The notes beneath the pieces were generated by a model. It did no database searches. It saw only the letters and a list, made by a program, of their open reading frames with translations, and was not told where the DNA came from. From the IMG/VR virus record IMGVR_UViG_3300022602_000037: 64,000 nucleotides of DNA, one strand, 5' to 3'. Made by a program: the position numbers and the translations under genes. Source of the stretch: a virus. Below are positions 9,903-19,400 of this stretch, in pieces (positions within the stretch are counted from its first letter, which is position 1; each line of letters begins with the position of its first letter).

Positions 9903-11099
9903 TTGAAATTGGCTAAAACAGCTACTAAAACTCGCATTACCAAAAAGCAGGTAATTGCGCATCGTACACGAGCAGTTAAAGATCACAGCCCAGTTTGGGA
10001 CAATGTGGAACAAATGGATGCTGAGCAATTTCTTCGTCATTGGCATACTGCCATGCAATACTACCGTTTGGAGTTTTCGGGCAAAGATTTGAAACCCGCA
10101 GTTCTAAAATGGATGGCAGAAGTTGGCTGTACCAAAACTGATATTGCGGCTTACAAGAAAACCAAAGATGGCCGTACTAATGTTACAATGGGTGCTATTG
10201 CGTCATGTTTGCTTCGTGGTATGCCAGCTATTCGAGCAGACTTCAATCAAGGTCGGGATACTGCCGCTTGGTTGCGTGAGCAGATTGTAGAAGTTATCGA
10301 AGCAGGTAAAAACGATATTGAAGAAACAGAAGCTAAGGAAACTAAACCCTTAGTAGTACAGCCTACTATTCAAGAGCGTTTGAAAGAAACTGCTTACAAA
10401 ATGACTGAAGAATTGGAAGATGCTATCGAAGGCTTCCAAACGGACCCAGAAAATTTTGATCCAAAAACGTTCAAAGTTTTGAACTTGCTCAAGGGTAAAG
10501 AAGTCAAAGCCGCACATGCTAGACTTATTAAAACCCTCTACAGCAGGGATTTAGCTGAACTTGAAGAGTTGGCTAGCGGACAAGCAGATGAACAGCTTAA
10601 AGAGGGCTATAGCCACCGTACAAAGAAGCAAATTCGTAATTTGATTGCTTTTTACCAAGAGATTATGAGTGCTTGTGATATGTTGGCCCAAGAAGCCAAA
10701 GTTAACCGTAAGCCACGTAAAACCAAAGTTGTACCTAAGGACAAATTGGTTGCAAAGCTCAAGTACATGAAATCGAACGAGCCTTTGAAGTTAGTATCCA
10801 TTAACCCTGCGGACATTATTGGCTCGAAGGAACTTTGGGTGTTCAATACTAAGACTCGTAAATTGGGCAAATACATTGCCGCCGAGTTTAACGACCTGGG
10901 TGTTAAGGGTACTACAATCACAGGATTTGACGAATTCAAAAGTGTTCAAAAGACTGTACGTAAGCCCGAAGACAAGCTCAAAGAGTTTAAGTCAGCAGGC
11001 AAAGTACAACTACGCAAGTTCTTGGAAGACATTAATGCTACAGACACTAAGATGAATGGACGCATTAACGAAGATACAGTACTACTAAAAGTACAATAA
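9903..11099 (+). CDS. hypothetical basic phage protein, probably early
   Basis: 398-aa ORF behind a perfect promoter; AGGAG at 9898 favours TTG at 9909 as the start. Confidence 0.75.
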   Translation: MKLAKTATKTRITKKQVIAHRTRAVKDHSPVWDNVEQMDAEQFLRHWHTAMQYYRLEFSGKDLKPAVLKWMAEVGCTKTDIAAYKKTKDGRTNVTMGAIASCLLRGMPAIRADFNQGRDTAAWLREQIVEVIEAGKNDIEETEAKETKPLVVQPTIQERLKETAYKMTEELEDAIEGFQTDPENFDPKTFKVLNLLKGKEVKAAHARLIKTLYSRDLAELEELASGQADEQLKEGYSHRTKKQIRNLIAFYQEIMSACDMLAQEAKVNRKPRKTKVVPKDKLVAKLKYMKSNEPLKLVSINPADIIGSKELWVFNTKTRKLGKYIAAEFNDLGVKGTTITGFDEFKSVQKTVRKPEDKLKEFKSAGKVQLRKFLEDINATDTKMNGRINEDTVLLKVQ

Positions 11100-11115
11100 T
11101 AGTTCAGCAAAGGTG

Positions 11116-11123
11116 GATAAATA
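11116..11123 (+). promoter_or_regulatory. late promoter GATAAATA
   Basis: TAAATA core upstream of a structural gene. Confidence 0.65.
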
Positions 11124-11144
11124 CTCCAAAGAGAGTGTTTATCC

Positions 11145-13112
11145 ATGGCTGACAATACAATTATCCCAGACGGTTCAATTAGCGGAAATAAGATTTCCGG
11201 CGGTGTTATTACCCGTTTCCAAAGTTCCGGTATACAAGATTTAGCTACTTCGCCTAGTCTAATTGTTACAAACGGTACTATTACTGTATCTGCAATTAAC
11301 GTACAACAACTATTAAACAATGTCGAAGTCACTGGAAATCTAACCGTAGACGGTACAATTACTATTGCTGAGAATGTAAATTTCAGCAAAGATTTGAATA
11401 TTGCCGGGAACATAATGGCTAATACCATTACTGTTAACGAAATAATAGCAGATATTAGACAAGAAACATTAAGTCCTTTAACTTTCAAAGGCATTATGTC
11501 TAGCGATCTAAATGGCAAAGGTCTACAATGGCAATTAGGCGGAGTTGTATCTAACTACTTAATCTATTCAAATGGACGTTTAAGTTCCAATATAGAAATA
11601 GATATACAATCAAACCAAAGTTATTATATTGGTGGCAATTCTGTTGTTAGTGCAAACAGTCTAGGTATAGGTGTTGTTAATAGTAATTTACGCACACTTG
11701 GTACACTACAGAGTTTATCAGTAAATGGCCCTAGTGAATTTGTAGGATCAGTAGTATTCCATGGTAATGTAACAGCTCAAACAATTACAGCTAGCCAAGT
11801 TATTACCAGCTCAGGCGCCGCTTATGAGTTAGGTACTTTTAGTGCCGACACCGAACAACAGCTAAACGGTCAAGGTGTACACTGGCGCACACATACCGCA
11901 GATAACATGTTAGTGTATCGCACAGGCGGACGTTTATGGACTAATGCTAACATAGATCTTGCACAAGGGTCAACATTCAAAATTAATAACAATGATGTAA
12001 TCTCTGAAAATGCTTTGGGTGGAGGTATTACAAAAAGTAATCTAACACAAATTGGCACTCTAAGCAATTTGACTGTAAGTGGTGATACATCAATTGGCGA
12101 CTTTGCGTTTTTTAACAGCACATTCAATCGATTAGGGATTGGCGTTGAAGAACCAGCTTCTGCTATTAATATTTTAGAAAACAGCATAAACATTGTACTA
12201 GGTAGTCCTACAACAAATTTAGCACATGTAGGAACATATAGTAGTCATGATTTTGCTATTATTACCGATAACTTATCTCGTATTACTATTAAGAATACTG
12301 GCGATGTTATTGTTCCTGGAAATCTAACTATTAACGGAACATTAACAGTTTCAAATATAGTATCTGATAGCAGAATTGATAGAACACAACCTTTACAATT
12401 TAATGCTACCCGTGATACTAGCATATATGGATTAGGTTTAGTTTGGGCAGGTACAGGATACAATCGCCAACTAATAATGATGGGCGCACCAGATAGATTG
12501 TTTAGTACTGAAAGTTTTGATTTAGCTGAAAATCAAAGTTACTATGTTAACAATAAACCAGTATTAAGTGAAACAGCACTAGGGCCTACTGTAGTAAATT
12601 CAAATTTAGTAACTGTAGGATCGTTGCAAAGTTTAACTGTGAGTGGCACAACAACACTACTAGGCGGAATAGATGCTAGCCAAAGCGATGTTACAGTTAA
12701 AACACTAACATTTAATGACGGTATTAATAGTCTAAATTTTGCTGGCAATGTTATTAATTCTAATTCGACAGTTACTATTAGTGTACAGAATTCCAATGCT
12801 TTTTACAGCGACAGTCAGCAGATTAGTATAGGTGATAAAACTTTACAAACCAAACCAATCAAATTATTTGGTAAATTAAGTGTCGGTATAAACAATCCAG
12901 ATCCAACAGTTAATTTTAGTGTCAATGGAGATGTTAGTATCGGCAATAAACGATTTACTAATGGTACACAAGCACCATCGGGCGGCAGTTATCAAATAGG
13001 GGATATTTGTTGGAATACTGCTCCACAATCAAATAGTTATATTGGTTGGGTGTGTGTGGTAGCTGGTAGTCCTGGTCAATGGCTAGGCTTTGGACAAATA
13101 GCTAGCCAATAA
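11145..13112 (+). CDS. virion structural / tail fibre-like protein
   Basis: Three repeats of LG.gV.NSNL..lG.LqsL.VsG; beta-rich; C-terminal GDICWN..GWVC..G.PG.W. Confidence 0.7.
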   Translation: MADNTIIPDGSISGNKISGGVITRFQSSGIQDLATSPSLIVTNGTITVSAINVQQLLNNVEVTGNLTVDGTITIAENVNFSKDLNIAGNIMANTITVNEIIADIRQETLSPLTFKGIMSSDLNGKGLQWQLGGVVSNYLIYSNGRLSSNIEIDIQSNQSYYIGGNSVVSANSLGIGVVNSNLRTLGTLQSLSVNGPSEFVGSVVFHGNVTAQTITASQVITSSGAAYELGTFSADTEQQLNGQGVHWRTHTADNMLVYRTGGRLWTNANIDLAQGSTFKINNNDVISENALGGGITKSNLTQIGTLSNLTVSGDTSIGDFAFFNSTFNRLGIGVEEPASAINILENSINIVLGSPTTNLAHVGTYSSHDFAIITDNLSRITIKNTGDVIVPGNLTINGTLTVSNIVSDSRIDRTQPLQFNATRDTSIYGLGLVWAGTGYNRQLIMMGAPDRLFSTESFDLAENQSYYVNNKPVLSETALGPTVVNSNLVTVGSLQSLTVSGTTTLLGGIDASQSDVTVKTLTFNDGINSLNFAGNVINSNSTVTISVQNSNAFYSDSQQISIGDKTLQTKPIKLFGKLSVGINNPDPTVNFSVNGDVSIGNKRFTNGTQAPSGGSYQIGDICWNTAPQSNSYIGWVCVVAGSPGQWLGFGQIASQ

Positions 13113-13114
13113 AG

Positions 13115-13142
13115 TTGACCTTACGCTGTAAAAGCGTATAAT
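13115..13142 (+). promoter_or_regulatory. sigma70-type promoter for queD
   Basis: TTGACC-16 bp-TATAAT; the inverted repeat TACGCT/AGCGTA overlaps the spacer. Confidence 0.65.
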
Positions 13143-13149
13143 TATATTA

Positions 13150-13195
13150 TGCGGCCTTAGGCATTCATCCCGCAATATAAATTCTGCATGTCATT
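13150..13195 (+). ncRNA. candidate cis-regulatory RNA (pseudoknot) in the queD 5' UTR
   Basis: UGCGG/CCGCA stem, 15-nt loop, A-rich tail; loop GGCAU is complementary to downstream AUGUC. Confidence 0.4.
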
Positions 13196-13215
13196 GTTAA
13201 CAAGGAGACATAACA

Positions 13216-13743
13216 ATGGCAAAATTTTATTCAACAAAAACATACGGAAACGACCGCGGACTTTCATGCTGTTTTAGACAATGGCGTGCCACACATAGTC
13301 ACTGCTCATTACTACATGGATACTCAATTGGTATCAAACTAATCTTTGAATGCGATACACTAGACGAAAAGAACTGGGGTATGGACTTTGGCGGACTCAA
13401 AGAATTTAAGGCGTGGGCAGACTGGATGTTTGATCATACCACTGTAATTGCTGAAGATGATCCACTACTAGATCGATTCAAACTAATGTCAGGCTGGAGC
13501 TCAAATCCAGAGCACGATGGTAACCCAGAACGTGTACAAACAGAACCCTATCGTAGATCAGGTGTATGCGATCTACGTATTGTACCTGGAGTAGGTTGCG
13601 AACTGTTTGCCAAAATGTGCTATGATAAAATGGCAGACTTGCTAGTAAATGGCAACCATCGTTATCCCTTAAACCCAACAGTAAGAATTAAATCAGTTGA
13701 AGTATTTGAACATGCTGGTAACTCGGCTACGTACGAAGGTTAA
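13216..13743 (+). CDS. queD: 6-carboxy-5,6,7,8-tetrahydropterin synthase / PTPS family
   Basis: HCSLLHGYS, MDFGGLK, FDH, VEVFE T-fold motifs. Confidence 0.88.
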   Translation: MAKFYSTKTYGNDRGLSCCFRQWRATHSHCSLLHGYSIGIKLIFECDTLDEKNWGMDFGGLKEFKAWADWMFDHTTVIAEDDPLLDRFKLMSGWSSNPEHDGNPERVQTEPYRRSGVCDLRIVPGVGCELFAKMCYDKMADLLVNGNHRYPLNPTVRIKSVEVFEHAGNSATYEG

Positions 13744-13897
13744 GTATTTTTGGCGCCTTTGGGCCAAAGCATTAGGTGAAAAAGCAGGCAATACGGACAA
13801 AGAATCGGACCGAATTGCTTGCGTTCGTACCTTAATTGTGTTATCATATGTTATTACAAACATTTTTATAATCTTAGGCGTGATTCGTCACTGGTAA
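13697..13897 (+). CDS. small membrane protein
   Basis: WRLWAKALGEK.. followed by a C-terminal TM segment; exact start uncertain. Confidence 0.55.
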   Translation: MKYLNMLVTRLRTKVKYFWRLWAKALGEKAGNTDKESDRIACVRTLIVLSYVITNIFIILGVIRHW

Positions 13898-13905
13898 AGG
13901 CACAC

Positions 13906-14931
13906 ATGAAACGTATAGGCTTCGCATGTAAATGGATTGACCATCCTCATCAGGTCGACGGTATTGGCAAAGATGACGATGCTAAACAGTACAACACAGG
14001 CACAACAACCATTTCTTGGTTAAATAGACAATCAAGAGATGTCGCGGAGCAGAAACTATGGGACCTAATGGTAGGCAATATCGAAGCAACAAGGCAGTTA
14101 GTTGAACGTGTCAGCCAACTTGATGCTCCTCTTCGGATGGTTAGGATTAGCAGTGACATTCTCCCTGCTTATACTCACGCTGACTGTGCTGATTATTGGC
14201 GTAAACCTGACGTTGTATCATACTGCGAAACCCACTTCAAAAGAGTGGGCGATATTGCTAGGAATAACAATGTTCGGTTGTCTATGCACCCTGGGCAGTT
14301 TACTGTCTTGGCAAGTGATAACCCAGGCATTGTCGAGCGTTCGATAGCGGAGTTTGAGTATCATGCAGATATGGCACGTTACATGGGCTACGGTAAATCC
14401 TTCCAGGATTTTAAGATCAATGTACACATCTCGGGTAAACAAGGTCCCGAAGGTATCAGACGTGCCTACGGAAAACTATCGCCAGAGGCCCGCAACTGTA
14501 TTACAATTGAAAACGAAGAAAACGCATGGGGGTTAGATGACTGTCTTACTATTACTGATTTGGTGCCTATCGTTCTTGATATACATCACCATTGGATTCG
14601 CGAAGGCGAATATATTGACGCCAACGATGACCGTGTTAAAAGGGTTGTTGATAGCTGGCGTGGTATGCGGCCTACTTGTCACTATTCAGTTAGTCGTGAG
14701 GATTATCTTATCGACCATGACCGGACTACCGCACCTGTTCATGCCCAACTCCTTCTAGACGGATACAAAAAGCAAAAGCTCAGAGCACATTCGGACTTTT
14801 ACTGGAATACAGCAACGAATGAATGGGCTTTGAGCTTTTTAGAAACACACGATATCATGGCGGAGAGTAAAGGCAAAAACTTAGCTAGTTTTGCTCTATA
14901 CGAGCAGGCTAAGTCTCTTACTCTGCTTTAG
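13906..14931 (+). CDS. uvsE: UV damage endonuclease
   Basis: RIGFAC, RISSDILP, RLSMHPGQFTVL, ITIEN, VLDIHHH, RAHSD. Confidence 0.93.
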   Translation: MKRIGFACKWIDHPHQVDGIGKDDDAKQYNTGTTTISWLNRQSRDVAEQKLWDLMVGNIEATRQLVERVSQLDAPLRMVRISSDILPAYTHADCADYWRKPDVVSYCETHFKRVGDIARNNNVRLSMHPGQFTVLASDNPGIVERSIAEFEYHADMARYMGYGKSFQDFKINVHISGKQGPEGIRRAYGKLSPEARNCITIENEENAWGLDDCLTITDLVPIVLDIHHHWIREGEYIDANDDRVKRVVDSWRGMRPTCHYSVSREDYLIDHDRTTAPVHAQLLLDGYKKQKLRAHSDFYWNTATNEWALSFLETHDIMAESKGKNLASFALYEQAKSLTLL

Positions 14932-15193
14932 GCTTACGAGGAGCACGTGGCTTTTTAGCTGGTGCAGGAATAGATTCTACCATAGCTTTAGTAGCTTTCT
15001 CTGTTTTTGGCTTACGTGGATTACGTGGCTTTTTAGCTGGTGCTGTCTCTGCAACTGGCGCTATATCAACTAGACCTACACCTTCGACTACGATAGTAGC
15101 TGGTGGCTCGCCTACAGCCACAGGTGTCTCTACTTTATAAGGAGCAACTGCTTCTTCTTTTTTCTTAAAAAAACTTTTGATAAATTTAATCAT
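14918..15193 (-). CDS. small Lys/Pro-rich protein
   Basis: Repeated PAKKPR.PRKPK; GGAGG RBS and a late-type promoter on the minus strand. Confidence 0.7.
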   Translation of the reverse strand: MIKFIKSFFKKKEEAVAPYKVETPVAVGEPPATIVVEGVGLVDIAPVAETAPAKKPRNPRKPKTEKATKAMVESIPAPAKKPRAPRKPKAE

Positions 15194-15212
15194 AGTGTTT
15201 TATCCTCCATCG

Positions 15213-15230
15213 TATTTATTCCGATAAATA
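15213..15230. promoter_or_regulatory. back-to-back late promoters
   Basis: AATAAATA on minus (15213-15220) and GATAAATA on plus (15223-15230). Confidence 0.65.
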
Positions 15231-15235
15231 TTATT

Positions 15236-15796
15236 ATGTACAACTTTATTAAACATATTACGCTAAATGAAGGGCATATCCCAAAGACACTAGAACAGTT
15301 TCCGTTGCCCTATAAGCATGATGACTTAGAGCCAAGTATTAGCGAAAATACTATAGATTATCATTACGGAAAGTTGTACAAGACGTATGTAGAACGTTAT
15401 AACAAAGGTGAGGGCGACCCCGACTTCAATGAAGCAGGAGCATTTTTACATGATATATTATTCAGACAGTATCAAAAACCTTCAGGATCTAACGAACCCG
15501 AACACATTTCGTTGAACTTTATTAACAAGCATTTTAAGAGTTTTGATAGATTCAAAGATGAATTTGAAAAAACGGCGATGAAAGTACAAGGATCCGGATG
15601 GGTATATCTAGCTCGTAACGGTGAAATAAAAACTATTAAAAATCACGAAATCAAGATGGATATTGTTCTGTTAGTTGATTGGTGGGAACATGCCTGGGCA
15701 TTAGATTATCAAGCAGATAAGAAAAAATATCTAGCAAATCAATGGAAAATCATAAACTGGAATTTAATCAGTTCTAGAATTGGTCGAGTGTCTTGA
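15236..15796 (+). CDS. sod: Fe/Mn superoxide dismutase
   Basis: LPY..DDLEP.IS..TIDYHYGK, FLHD, QGSGW, DWWEHAW. Confidence 0.9.
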   Translation: MYNFIKHITLNEGHIPKTLEQFPLPYKHDDLEPSISENTIDYHYGKLYKTYVERYNKGEGDPDFNEAGAFLHDILFRQYQKPSGSNEPEHISLNFINKHFKSFDRFKDEFEKTAMKVQGSGWVYLARNGEIKTIKNHEIKMDIVLLVDWWEHAWALDYQADKKKYLANQWKIINWNLISSRIGRVS

Positions 15797-16061
15797 GACT
15801 ACTCACAGGCATATCCCAAACTCGTCTTGCTTCTACACCCTTACTCTGAGCAAACTTCTTAGCATCGCAGTCTCCGCATACATGATAAAAATTATTGTTT
15901 AATCGTTTAGAATCCATATTTCCTTTATCGCGCTTAAAAATACCCTGACAACTATCACATCTAAATATTAATACACACCTTTTGCGACTATAAGTGTGAT
16001 GTGTACCGTACTTACTAGTGCGTACATGCTGAGTTTGTTGATATTCTTGCCCTATATACAT
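15774..16061 (-). CDS. zinc-ribbon hypothetical protein
   Basis: CDSC...CGDC; TAAATA on the minus strand just upstream. Confidence 0.65.
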   Translation of the reverse strand: MYIGQEYQQTQHVRTSKYGTHHTYSRKRCVLIFRCDSCQGIFKRDKGNMDSKRLNNNFYHVCGDCDAKKFAQSKGVEARRVWDMPVSSLKTLDQF

Positions 16062-16123
16062 ACTAGTATTTACATTAAGGTTATAAAAAGCCTTTGATAA
16101 ATATCATATCGAGGGCCCTTAAA

Positions 16124-16447
16124 GTGATTACAATTACAGAATCAGCAAAAGAAAAAATCAAAGATATCCTTTATCAAGAAGGAAACCCTAATCTAGCACT
16201 AAGAACATTTGTCCAAGGAGGAGGCTGTAGCGGTTTTAGCTATGGTTTTACAATGGACGAGGTGCAAAATGAAGACGATTTCGAATTACCCTTAGACGAA
16301 TTCCGAGTACTTGTAGACAGCATGAGTATGACTTATCTCACAGGTGCTACTATAGATTATAAAGAAGATTTAATGGGCAGTAGTTTTACTATAAAGAATC
16401 CAAATGCAACAACCACATGCGGCTGCGGTAGCAGTTTCGGAGTTTAA
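16124..16447 (+). CDS. iscA: HesB/IscA/ErpA Fe-S cluster carrier
   Basis: [28 protein letters not shown]; GTG start at 16124; GATAAATA at 16096. Confidence 0.93.
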   Translation: MITITESAKEKIKDILYQEGNPNLALRTFVQGGGCSGFSYGFTMDEVQNEDDFELPLDEFRVLVDSMSMTYLTGATIDYKEDLMGSSFTIKNPNATTTCGCGSSFGV

Positions 16448-16450
16448 TAA

Positions 16451-19400
16451 ATGACACAACAAATAATTGATATTGGTATACAAGGTAACGACGGCACCGG
16501 TGATAGTATTCGCGAATCGTTCAATAAAGTTAATGCTAACTTTACAGAAATTTATGCTATTTTTGGTGCTGGCGGTAGTATTAAATTTGGAAACCTTGCA
16601 GATGCTCCAGGTAATAGTACATTCAGTGTAGTAAGTGCAACTGGCAATGGATCTATTGCAACTATCAACTTTACCAATCCTAACCCAGGGCTAGGGCTTC
16701 CATTTAGTATTGGACAAAATATTATTGTTACTGGCAATATTCCTACTTCGTATAATGGAAATTATATTGTAACTAATGCAACTACAACTAGTGTTACATT
16801 CACTAGTTCGGGTAGTGGTGCGCTAACACAAACAGGTAAAATTGCTGGCAGTAGTTATAGTGCTAATCAGATTATTATGGCCAGCACCACTGGCAGTAGT
16901 TTAACAGCTAGAAATGTTGTAGGCGGTAATGGCATAACTATTGATGCATCAAATAATCAACAATTGGTAATTAACTCAAATAGCGGAGGGTTAATTACTG
17001 ATCCGCAACCAACTCTAGGCACTCATATGAATGCCGACGCATTTATTATAGGTAATCTAGCAGATCCAGATCCAAGTTTAGTCAGTCAATTTAATGCAGT
17101 TTTTGCCAGTAAGGGATATACAACCACACTAGGGCAAATGGCTGTTACTGTAAATTACGCTAACAACCATTATCTGCAAGTCACTAATGGACAAATTGTT
17201 GGACCGTTACGTGTTAGAGCAATGCCGAGTGTGGCTCAAACAACCGATCCAGACTATAATGCAAGTTTGACAGGAAACTATGTAGCTACTGAAGCTATAC
17301 AACGTCAACACGCAGTATTGCGAGATGGCGATACTATGACAGGATTGTTAGAATTAAGTGATCATCCTGGCAGTATGGCAGGGTATGGTATTAGAAATGG
17401 TAATGACGATCTGCAAGCGGCTACCAAATTTTATGTAGATAATAATACACATTACAGTAATGTAAATTTATATGTTAGCACAGGTGGCGATGATACACAA
17501 CGTAACACTCCTCCTGGACGAGAAGGCCGTGCGCCGCAGTATGCCTACAAATCAGTTGGTGCTGCCTTACTACAAGCACAAAATTTAATCAATTTAGCGT
17601 TTTCTGAACCCGGACCATATCGTCAGACTATTGCTTATACCATTGGACCAACTCTATATACAAGTAGTATTACCGGTGTTACCTTTAGCGGTGGCAATAG
17701 TGCAGTACAAGGTTATTTGGATGCCGCTAGTTTACTAGAAGCTAACAAATCTTTCATCCAAGCAGAAACTATAGCTTACTTAAACAACAAATATGTAAAT
17801 GCATTTACATTTGATAAAACTCGTTATGCCAATATTATGTCTAATATTGTTAATGGCATAGCATATGACTTAGCATTAGGTACAACATTTAATTCTACTA
17901 CTCAAGCCAGTATATTATTCGATGGCTATAATGCAGATGTGAGCGGTAACTTAACAACAATACTTGCGGCTATTAAAAATGCATCTCAACAGATAACAAA
18001 TTATTCTTATAGTTCAACAAATTTACAAAATTACCTTACTAGTGTAATAAATGCTGTGTGTTATGATTTAGAATTCAATTCTAATTATCAAAGTATTCAG
18101 GTTGCATTAGGATTTAATTATGCAAATACTGGAATAGAAACAACACCATCTATTATCAATACACCTGCAACAGCAACTAGTGGCACGGCAACTGGATCTA
18201 GTTGTACTATATCTGGAACTACTATGATTGTGGGCGGAACTGTGGTAGGTTATTTTGCAGTAGGCATGACATTAAGCGGTGCAGGTATTCTTAACGGAAC
18301 TACTATTATTGCATTAGGTACTGGAACCGGCGGTGCTGGATCATATACTATTAGTTCTAGTTATGGTACTGCTTTAAGTGATATTAAAGTAACTGGAGTT
18401 AATAATACAGTTACCGTTGGAAGCACACAAGGTATGGTGGTGAATGCCGCTATTGTCTTTACTGGAACTAGTTTTGGCAATATTGTACCAGGAAACACTT
18501 ATTATATTACTAGTATTGTAGATAGCACTCATATTACTATTAGTTCTAGTTACGGTGGTTCTAATTATTCCCTAACTACAGCAACTGGTTCTTTGGAAGC
18601 CAATACAACTGCTCCAAGTGAAATAGTTGGTATCCTTACAAATTTAGGAACACAAATTTCAGCACTATCGGCTGTGGCTACCAGTAGCACTATTTCCAGT
18701 TCGATTGAGACTATTCTTGCCAACATAGGCAATATCATTGTAACTGGTAGTGTACCAAACCCAACCTTTCCTCCTGTTGTTTCAAATACTGGATTAACCA
18801 GCGCAGTAAATTTATTATTGAATAACATTTCATTTATTCAAGCAGAAGTAATTGCCTACTTGTTGGCAAACTATCCAACAGTTACATATAATAAAACCAC
18901 GTGCCAACGAGATGTAAAATATATTGTATGGGCATTGTGTTATGATTTAACATATGGCGGTAACAGTCAGAGTATACATGCTGGATTGCAATATTGGATT
19001 AATGCTGTACTACAAATTGCTAGTTACGAACAAGCGGCCACAGTTTCAGCTATTGGTTATATTGGTGTTATTGCACAAAATATCGTACAGAATCAAACAC
19101 CAGTTAAACTATATCAAACTGGTGTTATTCAGTATGAAAATTCAACTTTAAGCGGAGGTAGTGTAGCAACATCTTCAATAGCCGCAAACATTACTACTAT
19201 TCAATCGATTGTTGGAAGTAGTAGTCAGCTAAGTCCTACTGTAGTTGCTCCAACAACATCATCAGTATCGACTACACTAGCTACAGCAGTTTCGGCTATT
19301 AAAGCAAATACAACCACTTTAGAATCAAACGCTATTAGTTTTGTAAACAATAACTTCCCTATAATTAACAATACACTTCAACAAACTACTATTAATACAT

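Noticed and set aside
13216-13743. Complete 7-deazaguanine DNA-modification pathway
   Set aside because: Only queD is present here; folE, queE, queC and dpdA were not recognised in this window.
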